DNA of 30,854 nucleotides. Origin: a virus. The stretch is from the IMG/VR virus record IMGVR_UViG_3300045988_061841, positions 1 to 30,854 of that record; one strand, written 5' to 3'. Position numbers and translations under genes: made by a program. Numbering within the stretch: position 1 is the first letter of the stretch; every line of letters starts with the position of its first letter. Shown here piece by piece: positions 7,126-15,843 of the stretch. The notes beneath the pieces were generated by a model. That model saw only the letters and a list, made by a program, of their open reading frames with translations. It was not told where the DNA came from and did not search any database.

Positions 7126-7609
7126 GGGTGCATTAGAAAAAGACAGGTTACAGTTCTACGTCATGATGTTATCGGATATACCGCCTCAAATCTTAGAAGT
7201 GGCAGTAAAAAAGCTGATTATGACGAACAAATTCTTGCCGTCGATAGCTGAAATACGCGAAACGGCTTACGGCATTAAAGGCACGATAAGCGGCACGGCT
7301 GCACCCGACGAGTCTGAAGCATGGGGCGAAGTCGTTAAGGCGATACGGTCGGTTGGGTATTATGGTAAGCCGAAATTCAGCCATGAAGCCATAACAACAG
7401 CTGTTAATAATATCGGTTGGCAAGATATCTGCATGACTACGAACGACGGGATGAACACACTGCGAGCACAGTTCAGACGGGCGTATCAACTGGCAGCCGA
7501 ACGGCAGAAGGACAACCGAGATAACGCGGTACTTGGCATAAGCCCGAATAACGAGAAGCTGAAGCAGTTAACGCAGTTAACGGGGAACCTTGTGAAGCGG
7601 TTGAGTTAA
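7073..7609 (+). CDS. helicase loader, G39P-like (loader/inhibitor of DnaB-type helicase)
   Basis: The ATG at 7073 follows SD gaggagcg. The N-terminal domain contains NKFLPSIAEIRE, recalling the FPPSIAEI motif of the G39P family. It sits directly after the replisome organizer. Confidence 0.45.
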   Translation: MDKVSTTKAIAPLQLAFKGALEKDRLQFYVMMLSDIPPQILEVAVKKLIMTNKFLPSIAEIRETAYGIKGTISGTAAPDESEAWGEVVKAIRSVGYYGKPKFSHEAITTAVNNIGWQDICMTTNDGMNTLRAQFRRAYQLAAERQKDNRDNAVLGISPNNEKLKQLTQLTGNLVKRLS

Positions 7610-7664
7610 TTCAATTTATGAATGAACTGAACTAGTTCCGAAATGGAACAGGTTGGAGGAAAAG

Positions 7665-7925
7665 ATGAATAGCGAAAATAGAGAAAGGGAAACACTCATG
7701 TTAATAAAATGCTTAAGAGCGGCAAGAGAATCTCTTAAAGAGTCAGATATGTGGGGTAAATGGTTCGGCAAAGATGACTACGATGTACAACGTAATAGGA
7801 TAAGTGAGTCCACGATGAAAGCAGCCGCCAACGCAGAGATTGCCTTAATGGAAGCGTATAAATTAATGACAATGATGACTAGTGAGGAGGCAAGTAAGAA
7901 ATGGTCGGAAGCATATGGGGGATAA
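7665..7925 (+). CDS. hypothetical small protein (A+T-rich accessory gene)
   Basis: ATG at 7665 after SD ggagga; the track ORF starts at TTG 7653. 87 aa. Confidence 0.55.
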   Translation: MNSENRERETLMLIKCLRAARESLKESDMWGKWFGKDDYDVQRNRISESTMKAAANAEIALMEAYKLMTMMTSEEASKKWSEAYGG

Positions 7926-7929
7926 AACA

Positions 7930-8388
7930 ATGAAAGAGTACGTATTTAGTTTTAGTAATTTAATCGAATCAGACGGAGAAATGTATAACTGCTTAGACGG
8001 AAATGTTTACGGCTTATATGACTCCGAAAGAGAAGCTATCCTCGACGCTATGAAAGAGTATGAATATTCCGAATATGAATTTACACACCTGTTCGTAGGA
8101 AAGACAGAATACTTTGCCCCTCGAATAGACTCAGAATCAGTGTTAGAGGATTTAGCACAACTAGCTGTTGATGACGGGTTCGATGACGATAAGTACCTAA
8201 CAAATGTTAAAAGTAAGCACCTAAGGGAACTTGATAAGATACTCACCGAAGCCTATCTTAACTGGGAAAATAAATACCCCGAATATCGTAACATCAATTA
8301 TTTAATGACCGATGCCGTTAGGTACTCTATCAGTGAGTTAAAAGAAGAAATGGAAAACATGCGAAAAGGAGAACAAGATGATGAATAA
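7930..8388 (+). CDS. hypothetical highly acidic protein (candidate DNA mimic)
   Basis: ATG at 7930 after SD tggggga. About 153 aa. By hand count, 22 Glu and 15 Asp against about 18 Lys+Arg. Confidence 0.6.
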   Translation: MKEYVFSFSNLIESDGEMYNCLDGNVYGLYDSEREAILDAMKEYEYSEYEFTHLFVGKTEYFAPRIDSESVLEDLAQLAVDDGFDDDKYLTNVKSKHLRELDKILTEAYLNWENKYPEYRNINYLMTDAVRYSISELKEEMENMRKGEQDDE

Positions 8389-8566
8389 AGAAGCCTTAAA
8401 CGACGTAGCGGAAAGTATCGATGAGAGTATCGAAGCAATGAAATACGCACTAGGCCGAATCAAAGATTGTGGTTTAGACAACCCCGAACAAAGAATGATT
8501 GAAGAACACTTACGGAAAGGTATAAGGCTACTAGATATGGCTTACGATTTTGTAGATTTTTATTAA
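8378..8566 (+). CDS. hypothetical small acidic protein
   Basis: 62 aa, SD aaaggag, overlapping the upstream gene end, which suggests coupled translation. Confidence 0.55.
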   Translation: MMNKEALNDVAESIDESIEAMKYALGRIKDCGLDNPEQRMIEEHLRKGIRLLDMAYDFVDFY

Positions 8567-8577
8567 GGAGAAACAAC

Positions 8578-8964
8578 ATGAATAACGTACAGCTTGAGGG
8601 AAACCTCGCAAGAGATATTGAAATATCGTTTAGCAAAAACGGAATGTCGGTAGCAAGGGGAACGGTAGCGTGCAACAGACGGATTAAAGACGGCGACGAG
8701 TGGAAAGACGTAGCGGACTTCGTTCCGTTTGTCGCTTTCGACGCATTGGCAGAAGGCATGAACGACTGGACTAAGGGTACAAGGGTCTGGGTAGTCGGAC
8801 GATTCTCAACAACGAAGTACGAGAAGAACGGAGAAACCCGCTACTCATCGAATGTAGTCGCTACAGGAGCGGGGACGGCAATATTTCCGTATAAGAAGAA
8901 AGACGGGAATAATTCAGGATTTAATGGGTTAGGCACAGAAGTTGATGAGGAAATTCCCTTCTAA
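8578..8964 (+). CDS. ssb: single-stranded DNA-binding protein (SSB)
   Basis: OB-fold-like N-terminus MNNVQLEGNLARDIEI. A Gly-rich spacer is followed by the canonical acidic C-terminal tip DEEIPF. SD aaggag precedes the start. Confidence 0.85.
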   Translation: MNNVQLEGNLARDIEISFSKNGMSVARGTVACNRRIKDGDEWKDVADFVPFVAFDALAEGMNDWTKGTRVWVVGRFSTTKYEKNGETRYSSNVVATGAGTAIFPYKKKDGNNSGFNGLGTEVDEEIPF

Positions 8965-9086
8965 TATCGAATAAATTAAAAATTTTGCACATCTAGCGAG
9001 TTTTAAGACGGCGGACGATAAATTAATAGTACAAAGTTCTAAAACTCGTTAGAGGTCAAAATACGAAGAAAAAGGAGCAAGCAAAA

Positions 9087-9233
9087 ATGGACAATAAAAA
9101 CGAACGCGACGAAATTTTGGAACTCGTTGAAGAGATGATGAAAGAGTTCGGATTAACCGAGACGAATCTACGGAACCCGATTAACGGACAGGATGATTGT
9201 GGACTGAATAAATATGAACAGGGGGTATTAAAA
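9087..9233 (+). CDS. small hypothetical protein (48 aa), not in the ORF track
   Basis: Strong SD aaaaaggagc precedes ATG 9087. Its stop overlaps the next gene start in an ATGA arrangement. Product MDNKNERDEILELVEEMMKEFGLTETNLRNPINGQDDCGLNKYEQGVLK. Confidence 0.45.
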
Positions 9234-9790
9234 TGAAACAAACTTTTGTGCGTAACCCGGTTAAAATAGTTGCTCTAAGATTTTATGACAATAATAGAGA
9301 AATCGAAGAATGTTTAAAAGAAAATAATAAATGTCATGGTAGAGATTATGGGTGGGAGTTTTGCACCCTTAACAATAAACCCTTTTTAAAAATCCTCACA
9401 TTCTTGCCGGAGAGCGGAGCATACTCGTTGATTGGAGTTCACTATGGGGATTATATAAGCGTAGATGAAGAGGGAACGTTAACTTATATAAGTCAGAAAG
9501 ATATAAAAGAGTCCTACGTCGAAGTCAAGCCTAATGATAAGAGAATAAGGTTCGCCACATTTGACGGCTATTTTAGTACTATAATGAGTTTCTTAGACGA
9601 AGCGAATCGTAAGTGCGGTTATGATAGATATAAGTATTATTGCTATGTATCACCTCGTTCAATCATAGAAATTTCTGATAGTGATAGCGGAACAAGTTTC
9701 AGCCTAATGGAAGAGGATATATTAGTAATAAATAAAGATGGAACGCTAACCAAAATATCTAAAGAAGGAGATAAGCATGAACGGACTTGA
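9233..9790 (+). CDS. hypothetical protein, A+T-rich accessory gene
   Basis: 185 aa with no motif I recognise. Composition is visibly lower in GC than its neighbours. Confidence 0.6.
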   Translation: MKQTFVRNPVKIVALRFYDNNREIEECLKENNKCHGRDYGWEFCTLNNKPFLKILTFLPESGAYSLIGVHYGDYISVDEEGTLTYISQKDIKESYVEVKPNDKRIRFATFDGYFSTIMSFLDEANRKCGYDRYKYYCYVSPRSIIEISDSDSGTSFSLMEEDILVINKDGTLTKISKEGDKHERT

Positions 9791-9878
9791 GTTAATCGGT
9801 TATGTGTGTAAGTCGGCAATGTTCTTAGTAACTGGTATGATTCTGATTATGATATACGCAGAACGGAGCAATCGATGA
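9777..9878 (+). CDS. small hydrophobic peptide (33 aa), not in the ORF track
   Basis: Strong SD gaaggag lies 7 nt upstream of ATG 9777. The product MNGLELIGYVCKSAMFLVTGMILIMIYAERSNR has one predicted TM helix. Its stop overlaps ATG 9875 in an ATGA arrangement. Confidence 0.35.
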   Translation: MNGLELIGYVCKSAMFLVTGMILIMIYAERSNR

Positions 9879-10303
9879 TACGAAGTAAGAAGGTAGTAAT
9901 TGACGGCATTACGTTTGATAGTCAGATAGAAGGCGAATATTACGAATACCTTAAAAACCTTGAAAAGGACGGGAAAATACATTATCTACAATGCCATCCC
10001 TCATATATGCTACAGGGAAAAGCGGAACGGCACGGAAAGCAGTACAAAGAGGTTTTTTATATCGCCGACTTTGAATACTTTAGCGAAGAAGAAAAAATAA
10101 ACGTAGTTATAGACGTAAAAGGATATGCGACAGAAACGGCGAAATTAAAGCGGAAACTGTTCGTATACCACTATCCTGAATACAGGCTTAAATGGATAGC
10201 AAAGTCGAACAAATACAGCAGTACAGGCTGGATTGACTATGATGAACTACAGCGGCTAAGACGGAAGGCGAGGAAGGGGCGAAATAATGGCACGACGAAA
10301 TAA
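9875..10303 (+). CDS. DUF1064-like phage protein (possible PD-(D/E)XK-type nuclease / resolvase-like)
   Basis: 142 aa. KKVVIDGITFDSQIEGEYYEYLKNL ... YIADF ... IDVKG resembles DUF1064 proteins. Confidence 0.4.
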   Translation: MIRSKKVVIDGITFDSQIEGEYYEYLKNLEKDGKIHYLQCHPSYMLQGKAERHGKQYKEVFYIADFEYFSEEEKINVVIDVKGYATETAKLKRKLFVYHYPEYRLKWIAKSNKYSSTGWIDYDELQRLRRKARKGRNNGTTK

Positions 10304-10583
10304 ACGACGACACTACCAAGCACCGCGGATAGTCATTCTTGGCAAGACAGCGGAGAAGAATAATAAGCCCCGTGAATCCGTGTCACGGTGTGCATTTTGC
10401 GGCCGTCCTCTGTTCAGGGAGTCCGCATGGCACTGGATGTACGATGAGTTCGGTCAACGGGTGAAGAAGTGCAACAATGAATCTATATGCAGAGAGTGTA
10501 GAAGTCAAGAAGGCGAGGACGCGTATATTACAGCGGTGACGGGAAGAAGACCTAGACACGAGGAAGAACGGGAGGAAGAATGA
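10287..10583 (+). CDS. hypothetical zinc-finger protein (basic N-terminus, CxxC...CxxC, acidic C-terminus)
   Basis: 98 aa with CAFCGRP ... CRECRS. The start is overlapped by the upstream gene, and the downstream gene is overlapped in an ATGA arrangement. Confidence 0.5.
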   Translation: MARRNKRRHYQAPRIVILGKTAEKNNKPRESVSRCAFCGRPLFRESAWHWMYDEFGQRVKKCNNESICRECRSQEGEDAYITAVTGRRPRHEEEREEE

Positions 10584-11023
10584 ACGGACGGGAATATCTT
10601 GAGTATGTGAGAAGTTTAAACGTCAGACTGAGAATAAAAGAAGATCGTATTGAGCAGCTGCGTAAAGACATATGTACATTGCAAGCTATCGACTACTCGA
10701 AAGACAAGATAAGCGGAACAAGTTCATCAGATATAAGCGACAAGATTATCCGACTTGATGAGTTAATAAGTAAGACTTCTACGGAGTGGGATAAATTAAT
10801 TGACGAGCGGGAAAGGGCTGAGCAATTAATTAATTCATTATTCGACGTGTATGAGAGACGAGTATTACAGTTACGGTATGTATACTGTAAGGGGTGGAAC
10901 GCGGTTGAAGACGGGCTGAATATGTCACACGGCCAGACGTTTAGAATACATAAGCGAGCCTTGCTACACTTCAACGAATTATATAGAAGAGGATACAAAA
11001 TGGTACATGGTGATACTGAATGA
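10580..11023 (+). CDS. ArpU/DUF1492-like late-gene transcriptional activator (sigma-70 region-4-like C-terminus)
   Basis: 147 aa. The C-terminus (RVLQLRYVYCKGWNAVEDGLNMSHGQTFRIHKRALLHFNEL) is an HTH of the sigma region 4 type. It sits immediately upstream of the packaging module. Confidence 0.5.
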   Translation: MNGREYLEYVRSLNVRLRIKEDRIEQLRKDICTLQAIDYSKDKISGTSSSDISDKIIRLDELISKTSTEWDKLIDERERAEQLINSLFDVYERRVLQLRYVYCKGWNAVEDGLNMSHGQTFRIHKRALLHFNELYRRGYKMVHGDTE

Positions 11024-11110
11024 TACAGTGTACATGCGGTATAATGTATATGTAAGAAGTGCGAAAAGCACAGTGCCACATTATTATTGTAGTAGTTTTA
11101 TTTACAGACG

Positions 11111-11137
11111 GGGCGACTCTTAGCGGGGTCGCCCTTT
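11111..11137 (+). terminator. GC-rich hairpin with a short T-run (weak terminator or regulatory element at the early/late boundary)
   Basis: gggcgac - 10-nt loop - gtcgccc followed by tttgcc. Confidence 0.35.
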
Positions 11138-11155
11138 GCCGTGCAAGGAGTATTC

Positions 11156-11326
11156 ATGATAGAGAAAAAGACGCAAGTCCGTTGTTACAATACTGGCTGT
11201 CTTAATAATCATAACTGGATATGCTCTGCTAATAGAATCAAGATAGGCGGGACAGGACGGTGCAAGGACTACGTCGCAGCCACTCATATTATGAATACTT
11301 CCAAATACGGCAAGCCCCATGCTTAG
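11156..11326 (+). CDS. small Cys-rich (zinc-ribbon-like) protein
   Basis: ATG 11156 follows SD aaggag; the track ORF starts at GTG 11141. The product MIEKKTQVRCYNTGC...C...GRC has 4 Cys. Confidence 0.45.
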   Translation: MIEKKTQVRCYNTGCLNNHNWICSANRIKIGGTGRCKDYVAATHIMNTSKYGKPHA

Positions 11327-11723
11327 GGCATGCCCCTACTGTGGGGGGATACACAAGGGGGACTGTCCGAATAAGCCCAAGCGAGACTATAGAAGAGAAC
11401 GAGGGAACGAATCGGACAGCCGAAGGAAGGAACGAAAGTTCAGAAGTAGTAGAGAATGGCAACAAGCAAGAGCCGAAGCCCTTGAGAGAGATAAGCATTT
11501 ATGTAGGCTGTGTTTAGAAGAGGACGGATATATAAGTGTAGGGCAGACGCTCGACGTTCACCACATAGAACCGTTACACAAAGCATGGAGTAAGCGGACG
11601 ACGTTGAATAACCTTATAACACTATGTAAGCGGCACCACTATATGGCAGACCACGGGGAGTATAGTCCCGGTACCCTAAAGGCGCTGGCGGTATCCCCCC
11701 TAGGGATAGAAAAGAAAAAATAG
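11319..11723 (+). CDS. HNH endonuclease, terminase-associated
   Basis: 134 aa with CPYCGGIH...C ... HLCRLC...DVHHIEP ... NLITLCKRHH. It sits directly upstream of terS, as in HK97-like cos phages. Confidence 0.8.
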   Translation: MLRACPYCGGIHKGDCPNKPKRDYRRERGNESDSRRKERKFRSSREWQQARAEALERDKHLCRLCLEEDGYISVGQTLDVHHIEPLHKAWSKRTTLNNLITLCKRHHYMADHGEYSPGTLKALAVSPLGIEKKK

Positions 11724-11798
11724 GGAAAAGCCCAAGACCGTACTGCTCACCTCATTTTATACAATTTTCCCTAGAATCTCACGCACGCAAAAAGGACG

Positions 11799-12266
11799 GT
11801 GACTAAAATGCCACGGGCAACGAGTGCTAAAGTAACGAAGAAACACTTAACCAAGGAAGAGAAAGCGACACGCCTTGCGGTAGAGAACGCGTTTACTGAC
11901 AATGCGGAAATCGTCGCACCGTCTTGTCTGAATGAAGCACAGCTTGAAGTCTTTAACTTCATTACAGAAGTGTTACGCAAGGCGAACGTATTGAGTACGC
12001 TCGACACAGTGACGATTACACAAGCGAGCGTTGTTATTGACATGCTGAACAATTTAAATAAGACGGTTGCGGATAATCCGTCGCTTGCTCTTGACGGCAT
12101 GTTCACGCAGAACATGGAGCGGCTCACGCGGACGTACTTGAAGTTGTGCGACGCGTTATGCTTATCACCGCAGAGCAGGGCAAAAATGGGTGCGTTGATA
12201 GCGAATAAAAAGAAAGAAGAAACGGATCCGTTAATGAATGTACTGAAGGGTGAAGCGAATGAATAA
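11799..12266 (+). CDS. terS: terminase small subunit (P27-family-like)
   Basis: 155 aa, with the C-terminal LCLSPQSRAKMGAL motif typical of P27-type small terminases. Sits immediately upstream of terL. The start is either GTG 11799 or ATG 11808. Confidence 0.65.
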   Translation: MTKMPRATSAKVTKKHLTKEEKATRLAVENAFTDNAEIVAPSCLNEAQLEVFNFITEVLRKANVLSTLDTVTITQASVVIDMLNNLNKTVADNPSLALDGMFTQNMERLTRTYLKLCDALCLSPQSRAKMGALIANKKKEETDPLMNVLKGEANE

Positions 12267-13956
12267 GAAGCACCCGGCATACGTATACGCAATGGAAGTT
12301 GCAGAAGGACGAGTTAACGCACCGAAATATGTCAAAATACAGGTAAAAGAGTTCTTGAAGATTGCGAACGACAAGGACAAGACGTATAAAATCGACGAGA
12401 ACAAAGTACGAACGATTGGCGAATTGCTCAAGCTGATGATAATGCCGAAGGGGTTAAAGGCTAACCGCACGGTGCATGATTCATTGGCTGGCTTTCAATG
12501 GTTTTTTATTGTTGCAATCTTATGTACAGTTGAAAGAGAAAACACGGAGAAGCGAAGATACGAGAACGCCATACTGGAGATATGCCGAAAGAACGGGAAA
12601 ACCTTCATTATCGCCGTTCTTTTTATTTTGCTCTTTTTTATTGAACCCAAGTTCTCAAAATTCTATTCTGTTGCCCCTGACGGCAGTCTGTCACGGGAAA
12701 TCAAGACAGCCATAGAAGAGATATTGCGGTCAAGTCCGGCTATGCTCGGCAAGATGAACGGCAAGGAAAAGTTCAAAATACTCCGGGATTATATTCACTG
12801 TAATATCACGGAGAACCGATACACACCGCTCAATTATTCAACGGGTAGACTGGACGGCAAGCTTCCTAGCGTGTTCTTGGTGGACGAAACGGGAGCGTTG
12901 CCGAACACATACGCGATTGAAGCCATGCGAAGCGGTCAGTTGACTATCTTGAATAAACTCGGCTTTATTATCTCAACCAAGTATCCGACGCTGAACAACC
13001 CGTTTGAAGACGAAGTCGATTACTCAAAGCGTGTATTAAATGGTGCTGTTGATGATGACAAGGTTTTCGCCTTACTTTACGAGCCTGACGATACGAAGGG
13101 GTGGGCGACGAACGATGAGGTGCTTGAACAGGCGAACCCGTTAGCGTTGGAAGTCCCTGAAATCATGGACGACTTAAAGGCGAAGCGGCAAGTAGCTATA
13201 GAGATAGAAAGCAAGCGAGAAAACTTCATCACGAAGCACTGTAATATCATCTACAGTGGAGCAGGGTCAGAGTCATACGTCAATATCGCTGACTTACAAA
13301 AAGGAGCGGTTGACGGGATTGATTGGAACGGGCGTGAAGTGTTCTTGGGTGTTGACCTTGCAATGACAACCGATAACTGTGCCGTTGCCATGGTCGCTTA
13401 CGACGAAGACGAAGGCAAAGTCTATATGGATTCAGTCGCTTTCATTCCTGAAGACAGAACGGATGAGAAATCAAAGCTCGAACGCATTCCGTATCGCGAC
13501 TTCATTAATGCGGGGTTCTGTATCCCGTGCGGCAACCGTACCGTAGACTACGGAGCAATTGAACGCTGCATACTGGAGATTGAACAGAGGTACGGAGTAA
13601 CGGTTATGGGAATCGGCTACGACAGATACAACGCCTTGTCAACGGCTCAAAAGCTTGAAGAAGTGGGGTATACACTGGTTGAAATCAAACAGCACTCAAG
13701 CGTACTGCACCCGGCCACAAAGTGGCTTGCCGAATTAATCGCCGAAGGCAATCTTAAATATGACAAGCATAACAAGTTGCTAGAAATCAACTTCGAAAAT
13801 TCCCGTTGTGTGTACGATACGAACATGAATAGGTACGTCAACAAGAAGAAATCCCGCGGCAAAGTAGATATGGTTGTGGCGGGAATAAACGCCATGTACC
13901 TACTTCACCAGAATTACATGCTGAATAATACGCTCGATTGGGTAGTACAAATTTAA
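12259..13956 (+). CDS. terL: terminase large subunit
   Basis: Walker A CRKNGKTF and Walker B-like FLVDETG are present; the C-terminal region is a nuclease domain. ATG 12259 follows SD gaaggg; the track ORF starts at GTG 12250. Confidence 0.85.
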   Translation: MNKKHPAYVYAMEVAEGRVNAPKYVKIQVKEFLKIANDKDKTYKIDENKVRTIGELLKLMIMPKGLKANRTVHDSLAGFQWFFIVAILCTVERENTEKRRYENAILEICRKNGKTFIIAVLFILLFFIEPKFSKFYSVAPDGSLSREIKTAIEEILRSSPAMLGKMNGKEKFKILRDYIHCNITENRYTPLNYSTGRLDGKLPSVFLVDETGALPNTYAIEAMRSGQLTILNKLGFIISTKYPTLNNPFEDEVDYSKRVLNGAVDDDKVFALLYEPDDTKGWATNDEVLEQANPLALEVPEIMDDLKAKRQVAIEIESKRENFITKHCNIIYSGAGSESYVNIADLQKGAVDGIDWNGREVFLGVDLAMTTDNCAVAMVAYDEDEGKVYMDSVAFIPEDRTDEKSKLERIPYRDFINAGFCIPCGNRTVDYGAIERCILEIEQRYGVTVMGIGYDRYNALSTAQKLEEVGYTLVEIKQHSSVLHPATKWLAELIAEGNLKYDKHNKLLEINFENSRCVYDTNMNRYVNKKKSRGKVDMVVAGINAMYLLHQNYMLNNTLDWVVQI

Positions 13957-13975
13957 CGAAAGGGGGTGAAATCCT

Positions 13976-15214
13976 TTGAATATAGTAAAAAACTTCTTCG
14001 GAGTAGAACAAAGAGCTGAAGATAACGCATTTATTGACACGGCTGAAGATATAGACTTGAGTTTGCCGTCGTATGACCAGAATACGAGGGTGACGCGGCA
14101 ACAAGCGTTATCCGTTCCCGCTGTCGCGAGTGCTTTGTTCTTAATCAGTGGCATAATCGCGGGTATTCCTGTTAAGCTTTATAAGCGAGAAGGAAAACAG
14201 ATCACCGAAGTATCCGACGACCCTCGCATTAAACTACTGAACGTAGAAACGAATGCAGTTCTCGGAGCGTTCGAAACCAAGCAATCCATGTTGAATGACT
14301 TAATCATGGAGGGCTCTTGTTATTGTTATATCGGAAAGAACGGCAATAAAGCGGAGTCTTTGCAGTACGTGCCGAATTACAGAGTAGCGGTTATTGATAA
14401 TGGCAGACTCATCAATCGGCAAGTATCGTACTTAATCGACGGACAGCGATACGACGACTTCAACCTTGTAAGGGCGGTGCGAAACTCAACCGACGGTGTA
14501 CGAGGCCGCGGACTTCTTGACGACAACAGTATGCAAATATCAAGCATGTACAATGCCTTGGTGTATGAGAACGGAGTCATCAGTAAGGGAGTTCGCAAAG
14601 GCTTTTTGAAGTCAGAAGGACGGCTGACGGTTAAGGCTCTGGAAGCACTGAAACGGGCGTGGCGATACATGACTTCCAAGCTTGGACAGAGTGACGTTAT
14701 CGTCTTGAATAAGGGTATTACGTTCGAATCGGCAGACAGTACCGCAGTAGAAAATCAGCTGAATGAGTCGAAACAGACCAATGCCGACTTGGTGTATAAG
14801 TTATTCGGCTTTACGGCTGATACCTTCACCAATGAAAAGGCATTCAATATCTTTATCAAGACGACTGTTATGCCGATTGTTAACTGCTTTACGGAGTCAA
14901 TTAACAGGGCGTTGCTACTTGAAGATGAAAAAGGCACGTATTATTTCAGTTTGGATATGAACGACTTGCAAAAAGCGGACATGCTGACCCGCTTCAACGC
15001 GTATAAGACCGCTCTCGACAGTAACTGGATTAGTGCCGATGAGATTCGACAGCGTGAAGATTTATCGCCTATGGGTATCGACTTCGTATCAATGAACCTC
15101 GCGAACGTGTTCTACTACCCCAAAGATAAGAAAGTATACACGCCGAACACGGGTATATTGAGCGACTTAAACGACTTAAAGCCGCAGAAAGGGGGTGAAA
15201 ACAATGAAGATTGA
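13976..15214 (+). CDS. portal protein (HK97-family-like)
   Basis: 412 aa. Sits directly after terL. A TTG start follows SD agggggtg with 7-nt spacing. Confidence 0.8.
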   Translation: MNIVKNFFGVEQRAEDNAFIDTAEDIDLSLPSYDQNTRVTRQQALSVPAVASALFLISGIIAGIPVKLYKREGKQITEVSDDPRIKLLNVETNAVLGAFETKQSMLNDLIMEGSCYCYIGKNGNKAESLQYVPNYRVAVIDNGRLINRQVSYLIDGQRYDDFNLVRAVRNSTDGVRGRGLLDDNSMQISSMYNALVYENGVISKGVRKGFLKSEGRLTVKALEALKRAWRYMTSKLGQSDVIVLNKGITFESADSTAVENQLNESKQTNADLVYKLFGFTADTFTNEKAFNIFIKTTVMPIVNCFTESINRALLLEDEKGTYYFSLDMNDLQKADMLTRFNAYKTALDSNWISADEIRQREDLSPMGIDFVSMNLANVFYYPKDKKVYTPNTGILSDLNDLKPQKGGENNED

Positions 15215-15797
15215 AGTACGCAACGGAGCGGTTAACATTGAAGGGTATGTGAATGTTACGGAACGCTTGAGTAAGCCGATTAGGGACGTTCGCGGGCAAT
15301 TCCTTGAAAGAGTAGCCACGGGAGCGTTCAATTCCGCATTACAACGGAATGACAATGTAGAATTACGTTTTAATCACGGGCGAAAGCTTGGAGACCAGAA
15401 AGACGGGTCGCTCGAATTACGTGAAGACAACATCGGTTTATACGCCAAAGCGACGGTAACGGATACGGAAGTCGTCAAACTTGCTGAAGAACGACAGCTA
15501 AAAGGGTGGTCGTTTGGATTCCGCAAACTCAAAGACGAATGGACGAAGGCAGACAATGAGCCTGAAATCCGAACGCTCAAGGCTATCGACGTAAGCGAAG
15601 TTAGTATATTAAGCGTAAATCCCGCGTATATCGCAACTTCTATTGCAGTCAGAGCCGACGACGGTGAAGAATTGACCGAATGCCGCGCGAATGACTCGGC
15701 ACTTGGTGTCGTTCAGTACGATATCGAAAAACGGGAAGCTGACGAAACGCCGAAAAACGAAGCCTTTCATGAAGTAATTGAAAAACTCAAGAAGTAG
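15204..15797 (+). CDS. prohead protease (HK97 / S78-like)
   Basis: HGRKLGDQKDGSLELREDNIGLY ... GWSFGFR ... SILSVNPAY. ATG 15204 follows SD agggggtg. Confidence 0.75.
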   Translation: MKIEVRNGAVNIEGYVNVTERLSKPIRDVRGQFLERVATGAFNSALQRNDNVELRFNHGRKLGDQKDGSLELREDNIGLYAKATVTDTEVVKLAEERQLKGWSFGFRKLKDEWTKADNEPEIRTLKAIDVSEVSILSVNPAYIATSIAVRADDGEELTECRANDSALGVVQYDIEKREADETPKNEAFHEVIEKLKK

Positions 15798-15843
15798 CGG
15801 TTGCCATTGCAACCGTTTTTTTAGTATTCAAAGGAGAAAAAAC

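Noticed and set aside
11024-11100. Possible late promoter (tataat at about 11045)
   Set aside because: No convincing -35 at 16-18-nt spacing, so it may be activator-dependent. I cannot call it with confidence from sequence alone.
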